A program made the translations under genes and the position numbers. From contig OZ004608.1 in assembly GCA_963924565.1 (NCBI GenBank), positions 33,108,001-33,172,000 on the forward strand: 64,000 nt of DNA. Reading direction: 5' to 3'. The DNA comes from Ascidiella aspersa (lineage: Eukaryota). Positions 1-12,000 of the stretch are shown here, one piece after another. How positions within the stretch are numbered: the first letter of the stretch is position 1; the number at the start of each line of letters is the position of its first letter. The notes beneath the pieces are model-generated. The model saw nothing but the letters and a program-made list of their open reading frames with translations, searched no databases and was not told where the DNA came from.

Positions 1-87
1 CATGGTAAAGAAGAAATGCAGGCAAAACAAATCACTGAATTGGAATCTACCATAGAAACTCTCAATGACAAGCTTAAAAGCATGGAT
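1..87 (+). CDS. ICE1-like exon (partial), coiled coil HGKEEMQAKQITELESTIETLNDKLKSMD
   Basis: Open frame 1, heptad-like composition, donor GTAAGT at 88 (phase 0). Confidence 0.8.
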
Positions 88-3000
88 GTAAGTGGATTTC
101 AGAAAGTGTTAAAGGGTTAAAGTTTTTCAGCCTACACTGTACTGTATTTTATTCAAATGCTAGCACTGTTTCAAAAAAGAGTTCTTGTGTCACACCATCT
201 AACAAGGAAAATATTCTTTAATAAAATTACAACAATGTGTATACGTACATCTTTCTTTACTTACAGATAAAGGATATGAGGATCAGGTTTTGTTATGTAA
301 GTTGATGTTTATTTATTTTAATGGTGTTTAGATGACTTGTCAAATGTACGAAGACAAAATCCATGAAATGAAAGTTGGAGAAACAACAAAAGATTTGGAG
401 AAGGAGAAATTTGAAACAGAAAGATCCCAGTAAATAGTTGCTCTGTTTTTTCAATTTTTTACTTAGCTAAACTGTTATGTTATCCTATTATTCCTGTTTG
501 TAACTAACAATTTTATTTAAATAAGATATGAAAAGGAAATCAAGACTTTGAAAAAGACCAACAAATCTTTGGAGAGGGAAATTCTGTCGTTAAAAAGAAA
601 AAATGAAGTTGTACATGAAAAACTGAGACGTCGTCGTTCTAGCAGAGGTTAATTTTTAAAACTGGTGCTTAAAACTTTAAAATATAAAGAACCACATTCG
701 TCTGACAACTATGATATCTTTCCCCAAGATTACCCATCATCCCCATGATTGCATAGCAATATAACGACGAGATAAAAAAGCACAGGCTTTCTATACTGTC
801 TGAGGAAGATGTAGGCAAAATATAACATGCGCCTGATTGCTGCCCAGCAAACAATTTAACTTGGCTTGTGAGTCATTTTCCATAAAAAAATTAAGCGAAC
901 AAACACTAAATCACGCTTCATAATATACAATCAGACTTCATATTACCGTATGTGTATTTCATACTTTATTTCCAATTTTTACCTACAAGACATTTTACTT
1001 ATTCTCATGTTGCCCCCATTCAAAGTAGGCCTGTCCCGGGTCTAAGATATAAATCTGAATTATGATTTTTAAGCGTTGTGTGTATTTTTAAACGTGATTT
1101 TCACACTTTGTTATTGTTAGGTTCCCAACCCACCGATTCGGACTTCAACATGTCAATGCAGTCGGCTGATGCTATAACAGAAGCAGACATTACAACTGAT
1201 GCTAACCAATCAGGGTTTAAAAGTCCCACCAGTGAGAGAAGAAAACGCCTGCATAAGAAACACAGAAAATCGGAAGTCACCGATCCAAGTGACGAAGAAT
1301 TCGGTATGGAGATCAAATTTTTTATCTAAATATTAGAAACAACGGTTGTATGTTGTATAAGCATAAATTTCTGCTATCATTTGACCTTCGTATTTTTACT
1401 GTAAGTTTACATACATTATATATGTAAATAGAAACCAGAGTACCGACTGAACCAAGTCTTATTCACTTTAAAATTTTTTCGCATTTTATCAATTCATTCA
1501 TTTAAGCAAGCTGTTAATAATGTTTTACAAGTTTTACCATGCTATGGTGTGCTAGTTATCACCACCCAATCAACAAGAATTGTAAGAAGATGTATTTTTT
1601 ACTTTTTATTACACTGTTACCCATAATATTTTTGCAATTATAACAATGTTTATTTTTTTACTTCTTCAATCTCCAGTTGATCCGGTTGAAAGCATTAAGA
1701 AAAGTCCAAAAAAATCTGGAAATCAGGTAAAAGCAAGTTTAAAGTACAAAATTTTCTAAGATTCGTCAATCAGACAGCATTTGAAGAAAGTTTAAAATAA
1801 ATTGTCCAACTTTCAAATTAATGACTTGAAAAGATATCGTCTGTTGAAAAAAAGCCTAATCTAGATTCAAATTTTTATTTTTTTTTACCCGACTTTTAAA
1901 TCAGTGACTTAAAAATATGCTGTCTGTTCAAAAAGGCAAATCTAAATTCAAATTTCAAGTTTTTTTTTTTAATTTTTCTGAAATTTTCCGTCAATCATTC
2001 GGCATCTGAAGAAAAAGAAGAAAAGTACTTTTAACAACTTTTTAAAAAGTATTGCATGCTGTGAATAAAAAAATATGTATCATAATTGTACTGCTGCTTT
2101 TTGAACTCGTTCAAAACATTTCAAATGTATAAAGTACTTAGAAATAGGCAACTTTAGGAAAGAAGTAATATCTTTGATACCTTTCATGATTTAATGAAGA
2201 CATCGGTACCTTATTGTTAAATTTTGACACCGCATATTCATAAATTGTTATGTTGCTAAAATTATGAAAACGTATGTTGTTAAACTGTGTGCAAACCGTT
2301 TGCTGTGAATATATAGTAAATATAAAGTTTATTGTTTCAGGCTCATAAGTTGGCGAAAGAACTGGAAAAGTCACCCAAACCTGTCGTTGAATCAATTTCT
2401 AAGAGAGAGTTTTCCAATGACAGAAGACCCAGTCTGGAAAGAAAACAGCAAACATCTGAAATGCCATCTTTGCAAAATGGTGTTCATGGTAACTATTTTT
2501 TCTATTACCTAAAAATTTGCTTACATACAATTAAAAAAGACAGGTGTAATCTGAAAAAATTGACTTGACTTTATCGATATTTAATTTTACTGATTTCCTG
2601 GTTTAACTGGCTTGAAGTTGTTTTACAATGAAATTTGTGGTGTTTAAGATTCTAAATTTTAAAGTTAGATGTTTTGATAAACTTGAATATATTGGTTCTG
2701 CTACAATAGATTCGCTTCCAGATGAGCAAAAAAGACTGGATGGTAACCCTAACAGACAAGCTGGGAAAGATGAACAGGTAATGGAATTTTATGACTTGTG
2801 TACTTTTCGACAGACCTTATTTCCTTTTTCACCTTTTATGTAAAAATCAGTTATTTTTTTAAACTCAATTGACCTTATTCTGCATTTTTTCATTTGTTTT
2901 AGAAGATAAGTATTTTTGTTTTTACAAATTTTTTTTTTTTTTTGACTTTTACTAAAAAATAAAATTAATATATATTTGGAAAAATGACCTTATTCTGACG

Positions 3001-6000
3001 TTTTTGAAAAAAAAAAAGATTTTAAAATGAAGTCATCCTTTTTCTGATTAAAAAAAGGTCAAGTTTACAAAGCAATTTTATATTTATTTGAAAAACAGAC
3101 ATCGTCTGAACAAAGCGAAATACCCATGGAAGCGTCAGCACCAAAACCAGTCGTCACCAATCAAATGAAATCAAACATAAGGTTAATGAGAGCCAAGGTA
3201 ACTTCGCTAGCATTATTTTGTCTACTCAAGTTTTTAACAGAAAATAGTTGGTCTACAACAGGGGTGTCCAACAAGCGGCACGCGTGCCAAATGTGGCACG
3301 CGACCTAAAAAAAAAATGGCACGCAAGCTCTTCCCAAAAAATGCTAAAATTGTTATTTAGCCAATTGCCAAAAAAAGCTCAATTTGTTATTCAGCCAATT
3401 GTCAGACAATACTAAGTTTGTTATACAGCCAATTGCCATTGTTTGTTCACAATATAAAACAATCGCGGCAATCACGACAACCAACAATTACTTTTGATAT
3501 AGTAACATTATACTGTGTGGAGGCTAGCATTCACATAATATTATATATCTTGGTGTGAAGAAACAAAAGTTAGCTCACCGAGAGACACTTTGATGTAGTG
3601 ATGCGCATTTTTACTAGACAGTTTTCTTTTCAAGTTTAAACTAACGTTCTGATTTTTGGTAAAAAAGCGCTTTTATGATTAAAAAGAATTGGTTCGGTTA
3701 CGAAATTTTGGCACGGGAAGAAGTTATAAGATAAAAATTGGCACGCCTGCATGTTTGAGTTGGACACCCCTGGTCTACAAGAAGGTCCCAAAAAAGACCC
3801 CCGTGTTATTTCGATTTTGATGTGGATTTTTTATCACTCATTTTGTTAAAAAGTGATTGATTAATAATGGAAGTGATTGATTAATAAAGTGTATGAATAT
3901 TTTATATTTTTTACCTAAGATTAAATTGCGATTTCGATTGCCCAACATTATGAAATTCCAAAAGTCTTTACTTCAGGCTATCAATAGTGGTTCAATGCTT
4001 TTCAGGACTATTTAAATATATATATATATAAATAAACAAATATGTTGTATACCTATTTTATTGCAATTGCTAGTTAATTAACCAAATTGTCAGTATATTG
4101 TTTTCCCGACACAAAATCAATGTTAAGCTGTTGTCAAATTTGTTGTAGTGATTTAATATTCTGTCATTGTCAACTATCATGTTTAAATGTATTTATTATT
4201 AACATTATACCAAATACTCATCCTAAATATTAATTCCCAACTACTTTGTGTTGTTTTGATGTAACCTTTCTAAAAGATCAAATTGCGAGTATTGCTAAAC
4301 ACTGCCCGCATTTTAGATAATAACATTAATTTTCAACAACTCTGCGCCGTTTTATTGTAGAGAGCCTTCCGGACATTTCAGCGGCGTCCAAGCTCCGAGC
4401 AAATGGCAGACATGAAGTTAATGGTTGAGCGGCTGAAAGGATCCAGTTCTGATGCCTCTGAACACATACAAACCTTCTGCGAGAAACACAGCTTAGCCGG
4501 CCACGAATCCTTGGTTGCAAGAAGGTTGTTGAAACTTTTCCAGGTGCGAAGATTTAGTTCGGGATAGGATTTTGATGTACAGAATTAGATCCAGCCTACA
4601 TACCGTTCAGTTCCTTTTCTTTCATACTTATGTTGTTTAACGCGTTTTGTGAGAGTTTGCGTTTACGACCGAAAGATGAAAAAGATCACCATAACTTCGT
4701 TATTCCACGTTTATATCTTTACCTGGTAAAACCGTACTTATTAAGCTTATTAGTTTCATTATCCCTGAGAATTTATTTGCTTTCAATTACCCTCTTTTCA
4801 AAATTAAAACAAATTAGTAATTAATAAAATAACAAAACTCCCAAGATCTTTTAAATAAAAACAAAAACAATAAGTAATTTTACTCTTTTTCGCGATTCAA
4901 TCTAAGATAGCATAGCATATAATTGTAAAAATTAACCCCTTGAACTTTTTAAGTTATCCCCTGCCTAAATTGAAATTGAAATTATAACCTTAAAACACAC
5001 GCTGCTAAAGCAACGAATTTATACATACCAGTAGAATTTTTAAGTTTAAAAAGTTTTTGAAAACAATAGAGTTTTAAATGTGTGGAAAACGGTGATACCG
5101 ATTAAACCGCCGTGTTGTTACAGTTTAATTTAATCTTTTTCTGTTATTTTGATTCAGGAAAAGTTGAGCAGCGTAGCGAAGGAAAAGCTAAACGCGATCA
5201 CGAACGCCGGCAAGGATCCAATATCGTCCACAGAAACCGAATCTGAAACGAGCGCCCCAAAACGTGAGACGATGAGCACCGCAGCTACAAAACCTTCATC
5301 TCCGGTGTCGAAAAACACCACTGGAAATGTTTCAAAGATAACAGAAAGTTTGCTGACTTCTGAACGAATGGACGCGGTGAATACGAGCATTTCCAATATC
5401 CACATATCGACCGTGGTCGGCAACTACGTTTCTACGCCCTACAGCGTGAAAAAGAAGAGTTTTACGTCACAGCGCGACAACGTTGCCCTGACAACCACCA
5501 CATCTTCCCTTCCAATTCCAAAATCTTCTCTGAAAACTCCCAAAAGTCCGCTAGTTCTCGACAACTTAATTCCACAGCCTGATACAGCAGAGCAAAGTGT
5601 TTTCTCGCCCGGCGACGGCGACTTTAACGATGTTGGTCCAACGACGCCACCTGGCGACCAGTCGGAAGCAAACACATCCGCCGCTGGATGTCGCGATCCG
5701 ACGGACAGCAGCCTTACCAGTTCCCTTACCCCGCCAAGCAGCGGAAAAGACAAAACGAACACGACAGGCGACTCGAACCAAGGCGATTTTAGCTTCGCGA
5801 GTCTCTTTACGCAGCGCGACGCTTTCAAGGAGAAAATGACATCTGACGCCGACGTTAGCTTCACCAATCTTTTCACGCCGCGTATGGGCACCGAACAACG
5901 CGAAACAATTTCGGAAACTTCGCCGGATTCGAGCCTTTCGAGTCCTTCGTTGCCTTCTAGCACCGGCAGGTTTATTGCGCACAGAACAGTGGCGACAAAC

Positions 6001-9000
6001 CTCGAAAGTCCGTTTGACATGTCGGGAAGTAAGCCTGGAAATATAACCCAAAGCCCGATTGAAGATGGAGTTTCGCCCATCGCCGACCGCGCCCGCTCAC
6101 TAACGCCACCTAACAGCGAGGAAGAAATGAGTCAAATCGGGGCCGCCCCGGAACTTGCTCCTGTCGATGTTAAAAAATTAAACAGAAACATAGACAAAAA
6201 TCCCGCTGAAGGTTTGTTTTCAACCGATGGAATTCTCTCGTCGCGAAAGACTGAAAGGAGTTCAATTTCTACCGACATAGACCTGTCAGATCTTCAAAAA
6301 TCCACGAACGCACCCAAACAAACTCTAGATATTGTTGATCTCGGAAAGTTTACACAAAAGCGGAATAAAACCGCTGAAGGTTTATTTTCTACCGATATCA
6401 GCCTAAATTCGCAAAAGACAGAAAAAAGTGCAATTTCCACCGACACGGGCTTACCAGTTTTTCAGAAATCCCCAAAGACACCCGAACAATCCACAAACTC
6501 TGCTGAAAGTTTGAAACTGCCAACGCCGGATATTCCAAACCTTGACGAATCGGAACCAACTGGAATGATGATGGATTCGATCCCCAAGATGTTGAGCATG
6601 TTTTCTTCCGATGAAGACGGAGAAGGATGCAGCTTCCACCAGCCGATGTCTCCTCTTGTGTCCTCTCCGCATCCGACTCCGAAAAGGATGCGAACTCGCC
6701 TCATGAGCAACTCGCTAAGCGAAGCAGAGTCGATTTGCACCACTCCGAAAAAGCGGAAATCTCAAAGTGATGCATTGCCTCGAAAAGCCTCAGATCCGAC
6801 CAAAGAAGTGGTTTCGCCTAAAGATGTGAAACCGCATGTCAGGATTTCAACCCGAAGTCAATACGAACCTTCCAACAATGTTTCTAAAGATAAACCTTCT
6901 GCCAAAGTTCACGCCGATGCACATCCTGCCAAAGTGCGCATAAGATCCGCTTGCAACGGCGAATCTGAGGCCCCCGCCAAGCGCAAAGCCAAAGCGAGTA
7001 AAAAAGAAGCAAAGGCCTCCAGGAAGCGCAAGAGAAAACGAGACAGCGCAAAGTCGCCGGCCCCGAAAAAGGCCAAGGCCGACATGGAGGACAGTCACTT
7101 TGCAGTTATTAAGTCGGAGCAGTTTTCCGACAACAACGCGCCGACCGTGGTGGAAAAAGAATCAACTGATAAACCTCCACAGACAATTGAGAAAATATCG
7201 AAAAAGCTGGAACCGGCTCTTACTAAAAAGGTCGCTAAAACGAAACCGAAGCCAAATCACCCTCCGCTTAGAAAAATGGGCTCTATGCCTTTCGTGGTTG
7301 GCTCAGCCAGTCCATGTTCATTGGGACCTAAACAGACTGATTATAGCTTTCTCCCAGATACTATTGCATCGCCCGCATCCGAAGACCAAGTCAGCGACGA
7401 AGAACCGGATCCCCATCAAGTTTTCAGCTCGTCAAGGACCCCAGATCTGCTCGAAGAGATTCTAAACGACTTGAGCGATTTAACTCCAGCGCCTCTTTCC
7501 CCGCTTAATCTGCACACTCCAACACCCGCTGTTGAGAAACGGCTTGAAGACCATGATAGTCACATTGACAACGCTGTGATTATCATTTCCTCTGACGATG
7601 ACAGCGAAGGCAGGGCGTCGATATCTCCCAGCGCCGACCTCTGCACAGCTTTCAGCTTCAACAAGGAGCGCATTAAATCCGAGCCGCCCGAACAAATCAC
7701 CGAAAAAGCATCGCCCACTTTGGCAGAAGCCGACACGACGACCAGCAAACTATCGCCGCCTCCGCAGCCATCGTCTTCACACCACAGGATGCCTTCAACA
7801 TTAAGAGACACCCCGAGGAGATTCAGCTGCGAAGCGCCAGTAAGAGCGGTAAACGTTCCGCCGGTCAAGCCAGTCGTTAAACTGGCGAAGTCGCTGGATC
7901 CGAACCTACTTTCAAGCGCACCCAAAACTTCGATGAACAAAGACCAGGAAGACATGGCGCAAATTGGAACGGCGGGCGAGAAAGACCCGCAAAAAACGCA
8001 ACAGTTATCCCACGTTGTGAATGGGCCTTTCAGGGCGGTTCCGCGGAATAAGTCAATCGATTCTTCATCCCTTATAAACCCACAGGCGAAAGACGGCGTC
8101 CAAGCGACGCCTACATCCACAGCTCCTGCAACAACTGTCTCCAACGGGAGTGAGGAAGTAAGTGAACTTAGCACAGTAGTGTCGAAATCATCCGAGCGAA
8201 AAGCGACGCCGCTCAAGCTGCTCCAGTCAAAGTCCAAATTCGTGTTCAAGCACGTTCAGGTCCAATCACCCAAGACTAAACCTACGCAGCAGCAGCAACA
8301 GCAGCAAAAACCTGACCCTACCCCTTTGCCTTTGCAGAAGCGAAAGAAAAGGGCTCCGAAACAACGCAATGCCATCGTCACCAACAACCCGGTTATCTCG
8401 AAGATTTCAGTCGAAGACGAGCTCTTAAGGCTTAGATCCGGCCCTGCCAAGCATGTAGAGCCCAAAAACGCACAGGTCTGGGCTGAAACCAACGTCGTTT
8501 GCCTCAAGGAAGTTCTCAAGTTGAGCGCAGAGCCGGAACTTTTGGCCGTGTTCGACAGCATACAGAGTTACGCCGTGAAAAATGACGACGGGCGCTTACC
8601 TGAGGTTCAGGAGAAAACGGTGGGTGCTTTTTGTTTTGTTTTAGGAATAGCTCAGAACCACTTTAGCTTAGAAATTACAAAGACGTTTGACTAAATAGCC
8701 GAAAAATTGAACTACGAAACTCTTTTCGTAAACTTTTCAAACCTAGAAAGAAAACATTTTTAATAATCCACTTTGAAGAAAGTCTTCCACTTTTCCTGAC
8801 AAATATTGTCTTGCTTTAGAAATTTATCGCAGTAAATTTCATGTCTGACTAGAAGTTACTTAAATCGTGTTGTACTTTTGTCTTGAAATTGATTAGCCAT
8901 TTCCTACTTGCCTTCATGCACATCTCTGAAATGTATGATGCATTTTTTGTTATCGCGCAAAGCGCCACTTTGGCCACACCTGTTATCGATATTAATATTT

Positions 9001-12000
9001 ACGTCGTTATATGAGTAAAAATCCTCAAAATTGAACATTGGTGCCATAACTTTTTGTTTTACGAGCGGACCAGCTTTTTTACCGATAATTTGCTTTTTGT
9101 TACGTCGCTGGTTTTCATCTTTAGCGCGTAGTTTTATCGAATGACCTTGTTACACGCAACTGCTCTTCTAGCGGCCAAATAAATTGGCAAAAGTAATTTT
9201 AGTACTCACCAAGCTTGGCGATCCGGTATAGTGTTCAGTAACAGATTTATTCAAGAACTGAGAACCAATGTGACTGACGTGATGATAGACGGTTATGCGA
9301 AAGCTCGTCAATAATAAAAATACTTTGTCACTTGTTTTTAGATTTTGAATAAGATAAATCTATCGGGCTATCGAAGAACCAAGATAGATTTAGTCAAATT
9401 TAGAAACACCAAACATAGAGATATCCTTATCTAATATTTTTTCTGTATTATGCTTCGTGAAATTAAACGTATAAGATATAAATTGACGATGTACTTAACC
9501 AATATTTAAATAACCATAGTGATTTTACAGTGAAATGAGTGTTGTCATTTGCCGTATTCGCAAGATATCTGCAATTTAGTCAAAACATATTGTCTCCGGC
9601 AGTGATTCCCAGTATTGGTCGCATACAATTTAGTGGCCCTTTATTATTGTTTTACTCCAGGTTTCAAAAGAACTATTTTGCCGAAATATAATTTTGTCTA
9701 TGTGAAAGCCAAATAATTAATTTATCAGATTTAAGATTATAGATCGATTCAATGTGGCAAAACAGGGATATGTTTTACTGCAGTCGCAATACTCCCACTT
9801 TTTGGTTAATATTTATAAAATTTTGTTCGAGAATATTCGATTTCAGTTTCTCAACCAATGGACCGCGAGTCGCGACCTAAAATTGAGTCGTCATTAGATT
9901 TTGATTTATTACGATTAGATCTGATCAAAATTTCTCCCATGCCAAAGAAAATTCTAGCGCAAAAACATCAGAATTGGATCTAAATTTATTTATGTTATTG
10001 TATCATGTTTTGTTCCCATTTAATAGCTCAGTAAATAAAATTGGTGCGACAAAACTACATTGTTAGTGTTACCATTCAGCTTATTATTTGGGTCGTCACG
10101 AAAATTGGCTGAGAAACACCTTATATTAAATCATTGGTTTCCACAGTTTACAAGTTGGTAGTTTTAAACGTTTTATCGACGTTGAACCAAGCATTACCTC
10201 TAAGTGCAGGTTCTATCCTGGATGGCAACCTACTTGAAAGCAACACGATCCAACGAATTCATAGCAGTACTGGCGAAACACCTTGAAGAGCGCTCTGCAG
10301 ACGTGAACTCTGACCCCGACCTGGCCGCCATCTTGAACAAGAACGTTCACTTTTTCGTGCGACTTCTTTGCCTTGTCGACGAAGCGCGTGCTTCCAACGG
10401 GAGTAGTGGGTTTTTGAAGAGATCGGTTCTGCCCGTTATTCTGAAAGTGATGTGCAGGTATTTTCTGGTGTTTAAGTTTTGTTTGTTTTTTTTGCGAGGA
10501 GTTTATAATTTTGTGTGAATTTTATCAGTCTTGTATTGACCTAAGCAAAGCACTTAAATGCACATAAGTCACCACTTTTTAATTACATGGCTTAACTTGA
10601 GTCTTTTTAGGTAAAATGACTTGACTTAAGTCATTTAGCCAAATGTCTCTACTTATAGGCTTAAATGTTTCACATAAATAGCTTTGTGCATGTAAAGGTG
10701 CTTTAATTGAATACTTATTAGTAAAATTGGTTTATTATAGCCAATTTTCGTAATAAATGTTAAATTTTTGTCCAAACCTCGTTAAATTTAGCCAATTATT
10801 TCAACCCGACCGCTTTTTAAAAATATCTTTACTATTTTGTGTAGATTTTGCTTGTAGTTTAACTTTAGACGGCGCCTGCTGTAAAAAATATTTCGTTTTA
10901 TGGACAGTTTGACTCGATAAACGTACAGTATTTTTGCTGCGTGCTATATGTAGCTCTTCTTTTTAAATAATGTTCGTAAGTTGTACAAAAATAAATTATT
11001 GAATCTTACCGCACATTCAATCGAATAAGACAGCGTTTCAAACCTCCTCCTTGCTCAAATTTCGCCTATTTTCTCGCAAAAAACACGTAGTACGGTCTTT
11101 CAGCGTAGTACGGTCTTTAGCTCTTTTAGCTTTTTGCTCATCTTTTTAATGTTTTTAAGTTGCACAAAAAATAATTTGAACCTTACCCACAGTTCCAATC
11201 AAATAAGACAGCATTTCAAACCCATCCCTCGCTCAAATTTCGCCTATTTTTCCGCAGATACTGCGTAGAATTTCCCTCCAACCCGAAACTCGGCCAGGAC
11301 GGCCTGGCCTTCGAGGCCTTCTCCCCTTCAATGCACAGCGGCCAGCTGCAGGGCTTCGGAACCCAAGCTCTGTCCTTGGTCTTCGCCTGTCTTTGTCGCT
11401 ACACCGGCTCTGCAAGCGATTTACTTGCCTTCAGCCAACACGCACTTATCGCCAAGAGCAACGACTGCCTGCTTTGCTGCATGCGAATGTTCTGCTGCTG
11501 GCCGTCGGCACTCAACCACTGGTATCCCCTCACTGGAAAGATGTGTGAGTATTTGTTTAGGGCAGTGGTTCTCAACCGGGCTGTGCGATTTCTTAGGCTC
11601 AAGTGTGCCGATAGGTGTTTCAGAATTTTTAACAATCTCAATTGGTAAGCTTCTTGATACAACTAATTGTGTACGATAAGAGACCATTATTATATTAATT
11701 GACATTTTTCTACACTGTTCCATTTATAGTGACATTTCAGTAATATACTCAACGAAAATTCCAGTCGGGGTGCCGCAAATCTATTTATTTAAGGGATGCC
11801 GTAAGCCATAAAAGCTTGAGAATCACTGGTTTAGATTTCTTTTTGGTTTGCCAGCGGAGTTAGACACGTATTACTGCAGGTTCGGTTAATCCTAGACTGT
11901 TTTTGTTTGTTTGTTATTTTTTTGCCAAATTTTTATGGTAGATGTTTTTTTCAACTTTAAAGGGTCGGTTACATGTTTGTTTTATTTGCGACCTTTCTAA

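Noticed and set aside
267-296. Possible 30-nt exon (TTACAG acceptor, GTAAGT donor, IKDMRIRFCY)
   Set aside because: It would leave a 35-nt downstream intron, much shorter than the other introns here, and is not needed for frame; unresolved without RNA data.
690-870. Higher-complexity intronic patch considered as an extra exon or C/D snoRNA
   Set aside because: Stops occur in all three frames, and the C box is only a partial match (ATGATTG) with no guide I could verify.
4405-4456. C/D snoRNA-like pattern (GGCA...ATGAAG...CTGA...CTGA-TGCC)
   Set aside because: It lies inside a well-supported in-frame coding exon (4361-4543) and the C box is imperfect.
5154-8561. Several antisense and alternate-frame ORFs (up to 229 aa) overlapping the giant exon
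   Set aside because: Shadow ORFs of a GC-rich coding exon, with no recognisable domains.
1-8619. Apparent CpG-depletion boundary within the ICE1-like gene (mosaic methylation)
   Set aside because: Early exons still contain CpGs and the contrast is confounded by GC content; it needs a computed CpG observed/expected profile.
9279-9345. Perfect C box GTGATGA in an ICE1-like intron
   Set aside because: No CTGA D box at a suitable distance downstream.
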